Below, piece after piece: positions 42,165 to 51,898 of a DNA stretch of 64,000 nucleotides. Every line of letters starts with the position of its first letter. Positions within the stretch are counted from its first letter, which is position 1. A program made the position numbers and the translations under genes. Source of the stretch: Spirochaetia bacterium (lineage in GTDB: Bacteria > Spirochaetota > Spirochaetia > SZUA-6 > Bin103); assembly GCA_965198005.1 (NCBI GenBank), contig CBDAOI010000004.1, positions 2,272,001-2,336,000 on the forward strand, given 5' to 3'. The notes beneath the pieces were generated by a model. It was not told the origin of the DNA. It was given only the letters and a program-made list of their open reading frames with translations, and did no database searches.

Positions 42165-44032
42165 CACCAGTCCCGCGCCACCGGCTCCAGCCGGCTCTGG
42201 CGCTGCTGCCGCTCGGCGTTCTCCCGCTCGGCGGCCAGGATGGCGCGCGCGGTGGCGTCGGGGTCGCCCTCGGTGGGCGGCGGCGGTTGCGGCCCGGCGG
42301 ACGGCTGCTGCTGCGCGCCGCCCGGGGGCGGGCTCCCCTGCCCGGCCTGCGGGTCCTGCCGGTCCTGCCGCTGGTCCTCGTCCTCCGGCTGGCGGTCCGG
42401 CGGCGCCTGCTCCTGCCGGTCCTGGTCCTGGTCCGGTTGCTGCTGCTGCTGTTCTTGTTGCTGTTGCTCGGGAGGCGGTTGCTGCTGCAGCAGCTCCTGC
42501 AACAGCATGCGCGCCACTTCCAGGTTGTGCGCGGCCTCGCGGCTGGCGGGGTCGAGCTCCAGCGCCCGCTGGTAGCCGGCGATGGCGGCGGTCAGCAGTT
42601 GGATCGCCGCCGCCAAGTCGCCCTCGCCCTGCAGCGCCTGCTGCGCATTGCGCACCAGCAGGTTGCCGAGCGCGAAGTGGCCGGCCGCGGCCAGTTCCGG
42701 CCGCGCCGCCGCGCCGATCGCCTGCTCCAGGCTGGCGCGCGCGGTGGCGTAGTCGCCGGCACGGTAGGCGGCGATGCCGGTGTCGTACAGCAGCTCGGCC
42801 ACCTCCGGCCGCCGCGCCGCGGCCGCCGCGTAGGCCGCCGCCGCCGCGGCGTAGTCGCCGGCGCGGTACGCCTGCGATCCCGAACGCGCGGCCAGCTCCG
42901 GGCTGCCGCCCGCCGCCAGCCCGCCGTCGGCGGCGCCGAGCCACCACCCGGCCGCCAGCACCAGCGCGGCGATGGCCGCCGGCCGCGCACGCCGCTGCCG
43001 GTCCGGGTTCGATGCGCGGCGCCGCCGCCGCGGCACCAGCAGCTCCGGCACTACCAGCGCCAGCGCCAGCAGGATCAGGGCGATCACCAGGAACGGTTGA
43101 AACCGCTCCTGCACCAGCTCCACCGAGTCGGTCTCCAGCACGCGGCGCTCGGCGGCGGCGATCAGCTCCAGGTACAGGCGCCCGAGATCGACGTTGCCGG
43201 TGGCGACGTTGACGTAGCGGCCGCCCGGCGTGGCCGCGGCGACGGCGCGCAGCAGGTCGGCGTCCAGCTTGCTGAGCACGACCTCCCCCTCATGTTCCAC
43301 GAAGGCCGCAGCGGCGGACGCGGTCGCCGCCGGCGCCGGGATCGGCTGCCCCACGTCCGGGTCGCCCAGGCCGACCGCGAGCAGGCGAATGCCGCGCTGC
43401 CCCAGCTCTTCCGCCGCCTGCACCGGGAAGCTGTCGTGGTCGCCGCCGTCGGTGATCAGCAGCAGGTCCTTGAACTGGCCGACCTGGCCGTCGAACACCT
43501 GGTCGCGCACCACCCGCAGGGCATCGCCGAGCAGCGACCCGCCGCGCCCGACCGAGGTCACCGACAACCGTTCCACCGTCTGCCGGAAGAACCCGTAGTC
43601 GAAGGTGAGCGGACTCAACACCACCGCGGTCCCGGCGAACGCGACCAGCGCGACGCGGTCGCCGTGCAGCAGGTCGACGGTGTCCAGGATCGCCAGCCTC
43701 GCGCGCTCCAGCCGGTCCGGGGCCAAGTCCCGCGCCAGCATGCTGCGCGACACGTCGACCACGAACACCAGGTCGCGGCCGCGCCGTTCCACCGTGGTGG
43801 GCTCCCGCTCCCATCCCGGCCGCGCCACCGCGAACGTGGCTGCCGCCAGCCCGAGCAGGGTGCAGGCGGCGATCAGCGGCCGCGTGTTGAGCTGCCCCTC
43901 GGGCGGCCGAGCCGCCGGTTGAAACGCCTGCACGGCGCGCCGGCGGGCGCGCGCGGCGTACAGGTAGACCCCCACGAACGGGATCAGCAGCCACAGCAGG
44001 AGCAACGCCTCGGGGTGGACGAAACGGATCAT
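42164..44032 (-). CDS. batB: BatB-like VWA domain fused to BatC-like TPR region with Q-rich tail
   Basis: MIDAS DVSRSM, DRLERA, PLTFD, ITDGGD. TPR LLYDTGIAAYRAGDY, HNLE, poly-Q linker, C-terminal VARDW. Confidence 0.82.
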   Translation of the reverse strand: MIRFVHPEALLLLWLLIPFVGVYLYAARARRRAVQAFQPAARPPEGQLNTRPLIAACTLLGLAAATFAVARPGWEREPTTVERRGRDLVFVVDVSRSMLARDLAPDRLERARLAILDTVDLLHGDRVALVAFAGTAVVLSPLTFDYGFFRQTVERLSVTSVGRGGSLLGDALRVVRDQVFDGQVGQFKDLLLITDGGDHDSFPVQAAEELGQRGIRLLAVGLGDPDVGQPIPAPAATASAAAAFVEHEGEVVLSKLDADLLRAVAAATPGGRYVNVATGNVDLGRLYLELIAAAERRVLETDSVELVQERFQPFLVIALILLALALVVPELLVPRRRRRASNPDRQRRARPAAIAALVLAAGWWLGAADGGLAAGGSPELAARSGSQAYRAGDYAAAAAAYAAAAARRPEVAELLYDTGIAAYRAGDYATARASLEQAIGAAARPELAAAGHFALGNLLVRNAQQALQGEGDLAAAIQLLTAAIAGYQRALELDPASREAAHNLEVARMLLQELLQQQPPPEQQQQEQQQQQPDQDQDRQEQAPPDRQPEDEDQRQDRQDPQAGQGSPPPGGAQQQPSAGPQPPPPTEGDPDATARAILAAERENAERQQRQSRLEPVARDW

Positions 44033-45069
44033 CAGGGACTCCGCCGCAACACGGTGTTGCCGAGCAGCGCCGCCAGCGCGGCGCAGGCCAGCGCCGCCAG
44101 CGCCAGCGGCACGAACCGCTCGCGATAGCTCAGGTAGCGGATCGACTCGAGCTCGCTCGTTTCGAGCTGATCGATCTCGCGGTACACGGCGTGCAGCGCC
44201 TGCGGGTCGGCCGCGGTGCGGAACAGCCCGCCGGTGGCCTCCGCGATCGCGCGCAGCGTGGTCGCGTCCATCTCGCCACCCCCGAGGCCGACCGCATGCA
44301 CCGTGATGCCCCAGTCGCGCGCCAGGCCCGCGGCCTCCAGCGGGGTGCGCTCGCCGGTGTTGTTGCGGCCGTCGGTGAGCACCACCATCACCTTGCTCTT
44401 GATCTCGTAGGTCGCGGTCTCGCCGGTGTCCGCGGCGGTGGCGTCGGCACCGGTGCCCGCGCGCGCCCTCAACTCCTCCTCGGCCAGTTGCAGGCGGGCG
44501 GCGGCCAGGGCGATCGCGTCGCCGAGCGCCGTGCCGTCTTCGCCGCCGCGCGGGGCGGCCAGCTCGATGCCGGGCAGAAAGCCGTCCACCGCGCCGTGCG
44601 CCAGCGTGAGCGGCAGAATGGTGTTGGCGTACCGGGCGAAGGTGACCAGACCGATCATGTCGTCGGCGCGCCCGGTCAGCCCCGCGCCGTCGCCATGCAC
44701 GAAGCGGCCCAGCACCTCCTTGGCCACGTCCAGCCGGCTCGCGCTCTGCGGCTGCGAGCCGAGCGGCAGGCCCATGCTCGACGACCGGTCCAGCACCAGC
44801 TCGATGGCGATCCCGCGGCTCACGTCCACTACCTGCTCCTGCCCCTCGCGCGGCCGCGCCAGGGCGACCACCAGCAGCGCCAGGGCCAGCACCAGCAGCG
44901 CCTGCGGCACCGCCACCAGCCGCCGCCGGAACGACGGGCGGACGGCGCCCGGCACGGCCGCCGACGAGAACCGCAGCCCGCGGCGCGCGCGCCCGGCCCA
45001 GTACCGGACCAGGGGCAGGAGCGCCACCACCGGCAGCAGCAGCAGCGCCCACGGCGACTCAAACTGCAA
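44032..45069 (-). CDS. batA: BatA-like VWA domain protein
   Basis: FESPWALL, ALARP, DRSSSM, GTALGDAIALA, LTDGRNN, IAEATGG. Confidence 0.85.
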   Translation of the reverse strand: MQFESPWALLLLPVVALLPLVRYWAGRARRGLRFSSAAVPGAVRPSFRRRLVAVPQALLVLALALLVVALARPREGQEQVVDVSRGIAIELVLDRSSSMGLPLGSQPQSASRLDVAKEVLGRFVHGDGAGLTGRADDMIGLVTFARYANTILPLTLAHGAVDGFLPGIELAAPRGGEDGTALGDAIALAAARLQLAEEELRARAGTGADATAADTGETATYEIKSKVMVVLTDGRNNTGERTPLEAAGLARDWGITVHAVGLGGGEMDATTLRAIAEATGGLFRTAADPQALHAVYREIDQLETSELESIRYLSYRERFVPLALAALACAALAALLGNTVLRRSP

Positions 45070-46366
45070 CGTCCGCCTCCTCCGGCTGCGTCACGCGCCA
45101 GGTGGCATGCACCAACTGGCGCGCGGTGTCCAGCAGCGCGCGGCTGATCTCGTCCCCCGGCCGGGCGCGCGCGAACTTCACTTGGTCGCATTGGGCCAGG
45201 AACGCGTGCAGCGCCCGCCGCTGGCCGGTGTCCAGCCAGCTCTCGCCGTCCAGCGTCCGCATCAGTTCCTCGGTGGTGCGTTCCGGGGCGTGCACCGCGA
45301 ACCGCTGCTCCAGGTAGACGCGCAGGACGGCGGCCACCGCGGTGTGGAACGCGGTCAGCTCGCCCCGGCGCAGCAGGTCCTGCGCTTCCAGCCGGTCCAG
45401 TGCCCGCAGCGCGGCCACCTGCGGCGGCACCACTTCCACCTGCGCCCGGCGGCGGGCCGCGCGCCGCTTCAGGTACAGCACGGCGAGCACGACCAGGGCG
45501 GCCGTCAGCGCGGCGCCCCCGGCCAGCAGCAGCAGGACGGCGCTGCGCACCGGCACCGCTACCGGGTTCCCCACCTCGCGCAGCTCCGGTACGCCCGCCG
45601 CGCCCGGCGCCAGCACCGAGGCCACGGTCACCGCGACCTCGTCGGTCGCCAGCAACACGCTCTGCCCGGCCGCCGCGCCGTCGCCCGCGGCCGCCGGCGG
45701 CTGCACCGCCACGGTCAGACTCGGCACCGTGTAGTCGCCGGCCAGAAACGGCCGCAGCGCGAACCAGCGCGTCCACCGGACCAGTCCCCGCGGGTCCAGC
45801 GCCGGCGGCTCGGTGCCGGTCCCCGAGACGGCAAAGTGATTGCTCACCCCAGCCCCGCTCCCGCCGCCGCGGGCGAACGCCTCGGCGCGCGGCAGCAACA
45901 CCGTGCTGCCCTCGGGCGCCGCGGTCTCCACCTGTACCAGCACCTGCTGCGCGGTAGTGATCTGCGTGCGGTCGAGCCGCAGCCACACGGTCACCTCGCC
46001 CTCGCGGTACACGTGCTCGGCCGCCCAGACGGCCTCCCCGGCCGCGGCGGCGCCGCCGCCGCACGCCGCGAACAGCAAGAGCGCCCCCAGCCCGCCCAGC
46101 GCGGCCGCCACCCCGAGGCCGCCGCCGGCCGCGGCGCCGGCCCGCACCCGGCAACGCACGCCGCGCCGGCCCGGCGCGCACCAAGGCCCCCCGCCGGCCG
46201 GCGGCACGGTCCGCGGCATCCGTCCATTGGCCGGAAGCCGGCCGCAATCGGACCGGGGCTCTGCGCCCCAAGACCGGTCGCCCACCGGCGCCGCGGTTGA
46301 CCGATACCGTCCCTTCGCCAGGCGTCCGGCGCGGCCCGCCAGACGCTCAGCGTCCGCGCGCCGCAC
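45059..46366 (-). CDS. Bat-operon membrane protein/lipoprotein (DUF4381/BatD-like); start uncertain
   Basis: Lipobox-like LLLFAAC, Ig-like domain, TM, PPQVAALRAL, LRVYLEQRF...ERTTEE, DQVKFA. Confidence 0.7.
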   Translation of the reverse strand: MRRADAERLAGRAGRLAKGRYRSTAAPVGDRSWGAEPRSDCGRLPANGRMPRTVPPAGGGPWCAPGRRGVRCRVRAGAAAGGGLGVAAALGGLGALLLFAACGGGAAAAGEAVWAAEHVYREGEVTVWLRLDRTQITTAQQVLVQVETAAPEGSTVLLPRAEAFARGGGSGAGVSNHFAVSGTGTEPPALDPRGLVRWTRWFALRPFLAGDYTVPSLTVAVQPPAAAGDGAAAGQSVLLATDEVAVTVASVLAPGAAGVPELREVGNPVAVPVRSAVLLLLAGGAALTAALVVLAVLYLKRRAARRRAQVEVVPPQVAALRALDRLEAQDLLRRGELTAFHTAVAAVLRVYLEQRFAVHAPERTTEELMRTLDGESWLDTGQRRALHAFLAQCDQVKFARARPGDEISRALLDTARQLVHATWRVTQPEEADVAV

Positions 46367-47234
46367 GCTTCTCCCTCGCCTTGAAGAACCGCACCAGATC
46401 GTGCGTCCAGCCGCGCTCAGTGCGAATCGGCACTTGATCGACGCCCAGTGCCCGGAACTGCGCGGCCAGCGCCTCCTGCCGCTCCCGGCCGCGGCGGGCG
46501 TACTCCGCCCGCACCCGCCGGCTGGAGCTGTCCACCACCACGCGCGCACCGGTCTCGGCGTCCTGCAGCTCCAGCAGCCCCACCGCCGGCAGCGCCAGCT
46601 CGCGCGGGTCCACGATCGAGGCCGCGATCAGGTCGTGCCGCTTCACCGCCAGCCGCAACTCGCGCTGGTAGCCGCCGGCCAGGAAGTCGGAGATCACAAA
46701 CACGGTGGCGCGCCGCCGCTGCACCCGGCTGACGAAGCTCAGCGCCACGCCGATGTCGGTGCGGGTGTGGCGCGGGGCGAAGAACAGCAGCTCGCGCACC
46801 AGGCGCAGGGCGTGGGTGGTGCCCTTCTTGGGCGGAATGAACAGCTCGATCACGTCGGTGAACGCCACCAGGCCGACCCGGTCGTTGTGGCGGATCGCCG
46901 AGAACGCCAGCAGCGCAGTCAGCTCGGCCGCTACCTCCAGCTTGCTCTTGCCCGCGGAGCCGAAGGTCCCGGAGGCGGACAGATCCACCACGAACAGCAC
47001 CGTCAGCTCGCGCTCTTCCACGAACCGCTTCACGTACGGGTGGCCCATGCGCGCGGTGACGTTCCAGTCGATGCTGCGGATCTCGTCGCCCGGGTGGTAC
47101 TCGCGGACCTCCTGGAACTCGATCCCCTGGCCGCGGAACACGCTGGCGTACTCGCCGCCGAACACGGTATCCACCGCGCGCCGGGCGCTGATCTGGATGT
47201 AGCGAATCTGGCGTGCCAACTCGCGCGAAATCAC
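46347..47234 (-). CDS. DUF58 domain protein (MoxR-associated VWA)
   Basis: SVFRGQGIEFQEVREYHPGDEIRSIDWNVTAR, FVEERE, DLSAS, ISDF. Confidence 0.93.
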   Translation of the reverse strand: MISRELARQIRYIQISARRAVDTVFGGEYASVFRGQGIEFQEVREYHPGDEIRSIDWNVTARMGHPYVKRFVEERELTVLFVVDLSASGTFGSAGKSKLEVAAELTALLAFSAIRHNDRVGLVAFTDVIELFIPPKKGTTHALRLVRELLFFAPRHTRTDIGVALSFVSRVQRRRATVFVISDFLAGGYQRELRLAVKRHDLIAASIVDPRELALPAVGLLELQDAETGARVVVDSSSRRVRAEYARRGRERQEALAAQFRALGVDQVPIRTERGWTHDLVRFFKAREKRAARGR

Positions 47235-48214
47235 GGCACCGGAACAGCGTCGAGGATGGTGGTTACCAGATCGTCAGCAGTGCGTTCCTCGGCCTCCGCT
47301 TCGTAGCTCACGATTATCCGGTGGCGGAGCACGTCCGGCGCCAGCGTCTTGACGTCCTGCGGGGTGACGTAGCCGCGCCCCTGCAGCAGGGCGTAGGCGC
47401 GCGCCGCCAGCGTCAGATAGATGGTCGCGCGCGGCGACGCGCCGTATTCGATCAGCCCGTCGAGTTCCAGACCGAACTCGGCCGGCCGGCGCGTGGCGTA
47501 CACCACGTCGACCACGTATTCCTCGACCTTGTCGTCCATGTAGATCTGTTCCACCAGCCGGCGCAGGCGCCGGAAGTCGGCCGGCCGCAACACCGGCTCG
47601 ACCGGCGGCACGCCCTCGGTGCGCGCCATCTGGCGCAGAATCCGCAGTTCCTCGGCGCGGCTGGGATAGGTCACCCGCACCTTGAGCATGAACCGGTCGA
47701 CCTGCGCCTCGGGCAACGGGTAGGTCCCCTCCTGCTCGATCGGATTCTGGGTGGCGAGCACCATGAACGGGTCGTCCAGCGCCAGACTTTCGTCGCCGAT
47801 GGTCACCTGCCGTTCCTGCATCGCCTCCAGCAGGGCGCTCTGCACCTTGGCCGGAGCGCGGTTGATCTCGTCGGCCAGGATGACGTTGGCGAAGATCGGC
47901 CCCCGCTTGGTGGTGAACTCGCCGCTGCCGGGGTGGTACACCAGGGTCCCGATCAGGTCCGCCGGCAGCAGGTCGGGGGTGAACTGAATGCGCCGGAAGC
48001 GCGCCTCGATCGCCTGTGCCAGGGTAGTGATGGACAGCGTCTTGGCCAGCCCCGGCACCCCTTCCACCAGCAGGTGGGCGTTGCACAGCAGGCCGATCAG
48101 CAGCCGCTCGATCAGGTAGCTCTGACCCACGATCACCTTCTCCAGTTGCTGCCGCACGGCCTGCAGCAGCCGGCCCTCCCGCTCCACCTCGACGCCAATC
48201 TGCTCTACATTCAC
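47231..48214 (-). CDS. moxR: MoxR family AAA+ ATPase
   Basis: EGVPGLAKT, RIQFTPDLLPAD, LADEINRAPAKVQSALLEAM, ATQNPIEQEGTYPLPEAQVDRF. GTG start at 48214. Confidence 0.95.
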   Translation of the reverse strand: MNVEQIGVEVEREGRLLQAVRQQLEKVIVGQSYLIERLLIGLLCNAHLLVEGVPGLAKTLSITTLAQAIEARFRRIQFTPDLLPADLIGTLVYHPGSGEFTTKRGPIFANVILADEINRAPAKVQSALLEAMQERQVTIGDESLALDDPFMVLATQNPIEQEGTYPLPEAQVDRFMLKVRVTYPSRAEELRILRQMARTEGVPPVEPVLRPADFRRLRRLVEQIYMDDKVEEYVVDVVYATRRPAEFGLELDGLIEYGASPRATIYLTLAARAYALLQGRGYVTPQDVKTLAPDVLRHRIIVSYEAEAEERTADDLVTTILDAVPVP

Positions 48215-48512
48215 CCGGCACCCCCCCTGAACTCCCTGAGCTCTCTCAAAAATGTATTGAACCGCGTGCCGCGAAATCAATCCCCCCCGCCGGATTCCTC
48301 GTCGGCCGGGCGGCGCCATGCGGGCTACGGTGCCACCTCCTCGGCCGCGCCGCCGCCAGACCTCACTCCCGGCCGCTACTGCCCCCACCGAGAATTGCTG
48401 TTACTCCTCCACGCCCGGGGGTGCAACAACCAGGCACGTCCAGTAAGCTATCCATCGGCGCGCCATGGCAAACGTGACGGCGCGCCTGACTCAGCTTCCT
48501 GGAGGTGGCGCC

Positions 48513-49634
48513 ATGAGTTCCGCTCCGGTTCGGGAGGGAATCGTCGACGATGAGGAACTCGTTGACGACCTCGATGAGACGCTTGAAGTAACTCCGTACG
48601 TCTATTCGATCACGGCCTACGGGGCAGACTATCCGGTCGATTCTCTGGTGAAGCGAATCGACTCCGGCGACATCGTGGTTCCTCGCTTCGGCTGGGTATC
48701 AGACGATGGCTCCGACATCATAGGCTTCCAGCGTGAATACGTATGGCCGCGAACAAAGTCCGATCGGTTTATCGAGTCTCTTCTTCTTGGACTACCCGTA
48801 CCCGGTATCTTCCTGGTGAGAGAGTCATCAGGTCGCTTCCTGGTCCTCGACGGACAGCAGCGTCTGCACACCATCAGCTCGTTTTACGAAGGTGTGATGC
48901 GCGGTCAGGAGTACCGCCTGGATGGAGTAGAGGACCGCTTTCGGGGCAAGCGATATCGGGATCTCGACGTGGCGGACCGGCGCCGACTCGATGACAGCAT
49001 CATCCATGCGACCGTGATTCGGCAGGACCAGCCGACCGAGGATCAGAGTAGTGTCTACATGATCTTCGAGAGACTGAACACCGGCGGCGTGAATCTTCAG
49101 CCACAAGAAATCAGGGTGGCACTGTACCACGGCGAACTGGTTCGCGTACTCAGGGAGCTCAATGACTACCCCGCCTGGAGACGCCTCTATGGCAAGCGCT
49201 CTCGGCGCCTGAAGGACATGGAGATGATTCTCCGGTTCTTCGCCTTCCTGTACCATGCCACTTCCTACCACAGTCCGATGAAGGAGTTCCTGAACCGCTA
49301 CATGGCCAGCAACAAGGACTTGGCCCGTCAGCACGAGGACGAGTTGGTGCAGATTTTCATGGACACCGTGACGGTTCTTGATGAGGCCGTGGGCGTTCGA
49401 GCCTTTCGTCCTGTCAGGGCAGTGAACGCTGCCGTCGTGGACTCCGTGATGACCGGACTTGCCCGCCGGATCAAACGGGGACCGATCTGTAATCCGTCAC
49501 AAGTGGCTCAGGAGTATGCCACGTTGATGGAAAACCGGAGCTACCGAGGGACGATCGAGACTGGCACCTCCCAAGAGTCCAACGTCGAAACGCGGCTTGA
49601 GTTGGCAACAGTAGCTTTCGCGAATGTGAAATGA
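48513..49634 (+). CDS. DUF262 (ParB/Srx-like, GmrSD N-terminal-type) protein
   Basis: FQREYVW, IESLLLGLPVP, VLDGQQRL, IFERLNTGG. GGAGG RBS at 48501. Confidence 0.9.
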   Translation: MSSAPVREGIVDDEELVDDLDETLEVTPYVYSITAYGADYPVDSLVKRIDSGDIVVPRFGWVSDDGSDIIGFQREYVWPRTKSDRFIESLLLGLPVPGIFLVRESSGRFLVLDGQQRLHTISSFYEGVMRGQEYRLDGVEDRFRGKRYRDLDVADRRRLDDSIIHATVIRQDQPTEDQSSVYMIFERLNTGGVNLQPQEIRVALYHGELVRVLRELNDYPAWRRLYGKRSRRLKDMEMILRFFAFLYHATSYHSPMKEFLNRYMASNKDLARQHEDELVQIFMDTVTVLDEAVGVRAFRPVRAVNAAVVDSVMTGLARRIKRGPICNPSQVAQEYATLMENRSYRGTIETGTSQESNVETRLELATVAFANVK

Positions 49635-49957
49635 CCGGACGAGCGGAGGTCGATAGACAACGGCGACAACTCGATACCACGTTTTCGCGTGCAAGCGGTC
49701 TCAGTGCCGATGCCGAGCTGCTTTCCGACTTCGCCCGATACTTGTGCGTCCTGGTTTCCGGACTTGTGGAACAGGCGACGATGGAATTGCTGATCGAGTA
49801 CGCCAGAACTCACTCGGACGCACGCATCCAGCGCCATGTGGAGCGTAGCGTTCGTCATCTTGCGAATCTCAAGACGCAGCGCCTGATCGATGTAGTGATC
49901 ATCGACCGCGTAGCCGATCTGATAGTCCCCCTTGACCCAGGGCGGGCGGGGTCATAG
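49631..49957 (+). pseudogene. HEPN-domain protein (RiboL-PSP/MAE_28990-like), apparently with an internal deletion
   Basis: ARYLCVLVSGLVE N-terminal HEPN helix. ATGA-coupled to DUF262. Only 108 aa, with no canonical R-N/H-x-I-A-H catalytic segment. Confidence 0.6.
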
Positions 49958-49968
49958 GCTGGGGCGCG

Positions 49969-51177
49969 ATGGCGCACCGCCAGCTCGTGGCGCTCAGTCC
50001 CAGCGCGCGCAATCTCGCAGCAGTGCGGCGGCGGGTGCGGCTGTGGCGACCGCCGTTCGTCACCGCCATGACCCGCTGGGTGCGGCTCACCGTGTCCGGC
50101 CGCGACCAGCTTCCCCGCGGCCAGCCGTTGTTGTTCCTGTCCAACCACGCCGGGTTCTTCGATCCGCCGATCATGGTGCGCGCGGCCGGCGCGCCGGTGA
50201 TCCTGCTGGCGACCGAGTCCAACTTTCGCGCCGGGCCGCTCGGCCGCTTCTTAGTGCACTTCGGCGCCGTGCCCAAACGGAAGTACACCGCCGACGCGCG
50301 CGCGATCATCTTTCTCAAGCGCTGGGCCGAGGCGGGCGCCAACATCGGCCTGTTTCCCGAGGGTGAGCGCACCTGGGACGGCCGCCCGCTGCCGCCGGTG
50401 GCCGGCACCGAGAAGCTGGTGCGGCTGATGGGGCTGCCGCTGGTGACGATGCGGGTCTACAACGGGTTCCGCCAGTCGCCGCGCTGGACCCGCCGGCTGC
50501 GGCGCGGGCAGATTCACGTCGAGGTCGACCCCCCGCAGACGTTCAGCCGCGACACTCCACTGGCGACGATCAAGGCGTATATCGAGGAGCGGATCGCCGT
50601 CGACGCCCTCGCCGGGCCGCACTTTCCGGTGGCCGGCGGCAACCTCGCGGACGGCATCGCCAACGTCGCCTGGGCGTGTCCGCGCTGCCTGCTGATCGAC
50701 GGGCTGCGCGAAGCGGGCAACCGCCTCCACTGCCGCGGCTGCCGGGGACGCTGGCGGGTCGACTGGGACAGCCGCCTGCTCGGCGCCGGCGGCACCGCCA
50801 CCCATACCCTGCCGGAGGTGGCGGATCTGATCCGCGCCCGCTACGCCGCGCCCGAGCCGGCGGCCGACGGCACGGTGCTGGCCAGCGAGCCGATGACGCT
50901 GCTCGACCTCACCCCCCGGCGGCCGCGGCCGGTCGGCGTGGGACGCATGCGCCTGACCCGCGACGAGCTGGTGATCGACGGCGAGCTGCCCTGGAGCATG
51001 CCGATGATGCAGATCGAGGCGATCACGGTCGACATGCGCCGCCGGCTCACCCTGCGCGCCGGGGCGCGCTTCCTGGAGGCGGTGGTCCCGCACGAGTCGG
51101 TGCTCAAGTGGGAGTGGTTCGTGCAGCGGCTGCAGGCCGGCGCCGCGGCTCAGTCGGCTCAGTCGGCTACACGTTGA
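49969..51177 (+). CDS. Lysophospholipid acyltransferase (PlsC family) with C-terminal zinc-ribbon extension
   Basis: SNHAGFFDP (HxxxxD), LFPEGERTWDG, CPRC...CRGC. Confidence 0.88.
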   Translation: MAHRQLVALSPSARNLAAVRRRVRLWRPPFVTAMTRWVRLTVSGRDQLPRGQPLLFLSNHAGFFDPPIMVRAAGAPVILLATESNFRAGPLGRFLVHFGAVPKRKYTADARAIIFLKRWAEAGANIGLFPEGERTWDGRPLPPVAGTEKLVRLMGLPLVTMRVYNGFRQSPRWTRRLRRGQIHVEVDPPQTFSRDTPLATIKAYIEERIAVDALAGPHFPVAGGNLADGIANVAWACPRCLLIDGLREAGNRLHCRGCRGRWRVDWDSRLLGAGGTATHTLPEVADLIRARYAAPEPAADGTVLASEPMTLLDLTPRRPRPVGVGRMRLTRDELVIDGELPWSMPMMQIEAITVDMRRRLTLRAGARFLEAVVPHESVLKWEWFVQRLQAGAAAQSAQSATR

Positions 51178-51856
51178 ACTTGACGTCGAGCACGTCGCCG
51201 GCGGCGACCACGTAGCTGCGGTCCACCAGCCGCAGCAGTCCCTTGGTGCGCCCCTCCTGCGGGGTGCGAAACCGCTCCAGGTCGGCGATGTTGAACACCT
51301 CGGCGCGGATGAAGCCGCGTTCCAGGTCGCTGTGGACTTGGCCGGCCGCGGCGGTGACCACGGCGCCGCGCGCCACTTCCCACACCCGCGCCTCGTTCTT
51401 GCCGGCGGTATAGAACAGGATGCGTCCCGCCGTCCGGTGCAGATCGCGTACGAGGCGGGCCAGCTCGTCCGCCGCCGGGGCGGTATCGAGCACCACGCCC
51501 GGCTTGACGGTGGCGAGGTTGAGCCCGCGCAGATGGCGCAGCTCCGGTTCGGTGAACGGCTCCTGGCTGAGCATGCGCTCTTCCTCGAGCACCGCCAGGG
51601 CGCGCTGCAACAGCCCGGTTTGCGCGGGGTCCCGATACAGGTTCCGTTCCAGGATCTCGGTATCCTCCAACAGCCAGTCCAAGCGGTCGGCGGCGGCAAT
51701 CAGGAACCCGTCGGCCCGGCCGCGCTGCTCCTGCTCGAAGTCGACCGTGAAGCGCGTGCGCTTCGCCGAGCGGTAGCGTTCGGCCAGGACGTCCAGCGCC
51801 GGATCGGGGAGCTCGTAGTGTCCCCGCAGGTCCACTCCGTGAACGAAGATCTTCAT
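51167..51856 (-). CDS. Short YchF-like protein (DUF933/TGS) lacking the P-loop G-domain motifs
   Basis: FYTAGKNEARVW...AAAGQVHSDLERGFIRAEV...YVVAAGDVLDVKFNV. No GxxxxGKS or DIAG. Confidence 0.8.
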   Translation of the reverse strand: MKIFVHGVDLRGHYELPDPALDVLAERYRSAKRTRFTVDFEQEQRGRADGFLIAAADRLDWLLEDTEILERNLYRDPAQTGLLQRALAVLEEERMLSQEPFTEPELRHLRGLNLATVKPGVVLDTAPAADELARLVRDLHRTAGRILFYTAGKNEARVWEVARGAVVTAAAGQVHSDLERGFIRAEVFNIADLERFRTPQEGRTKGLLRLVDRSYVVAAGDVLDVKFNV

Positions 51857-51898
51857 CGCGCGACTGCTCGGAGGCTCGCAGGGACCGGTGGGCGGCGC

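Noticed and set aside
39199..46549. Long N-terminal extensions of the bat ORFs in the ORF track (775, 906, 962, 496 aa)
   Set aside because: They overlap upstream genes off-frame. The coupled starts at 40230, 42164 and 44032 fit the families.
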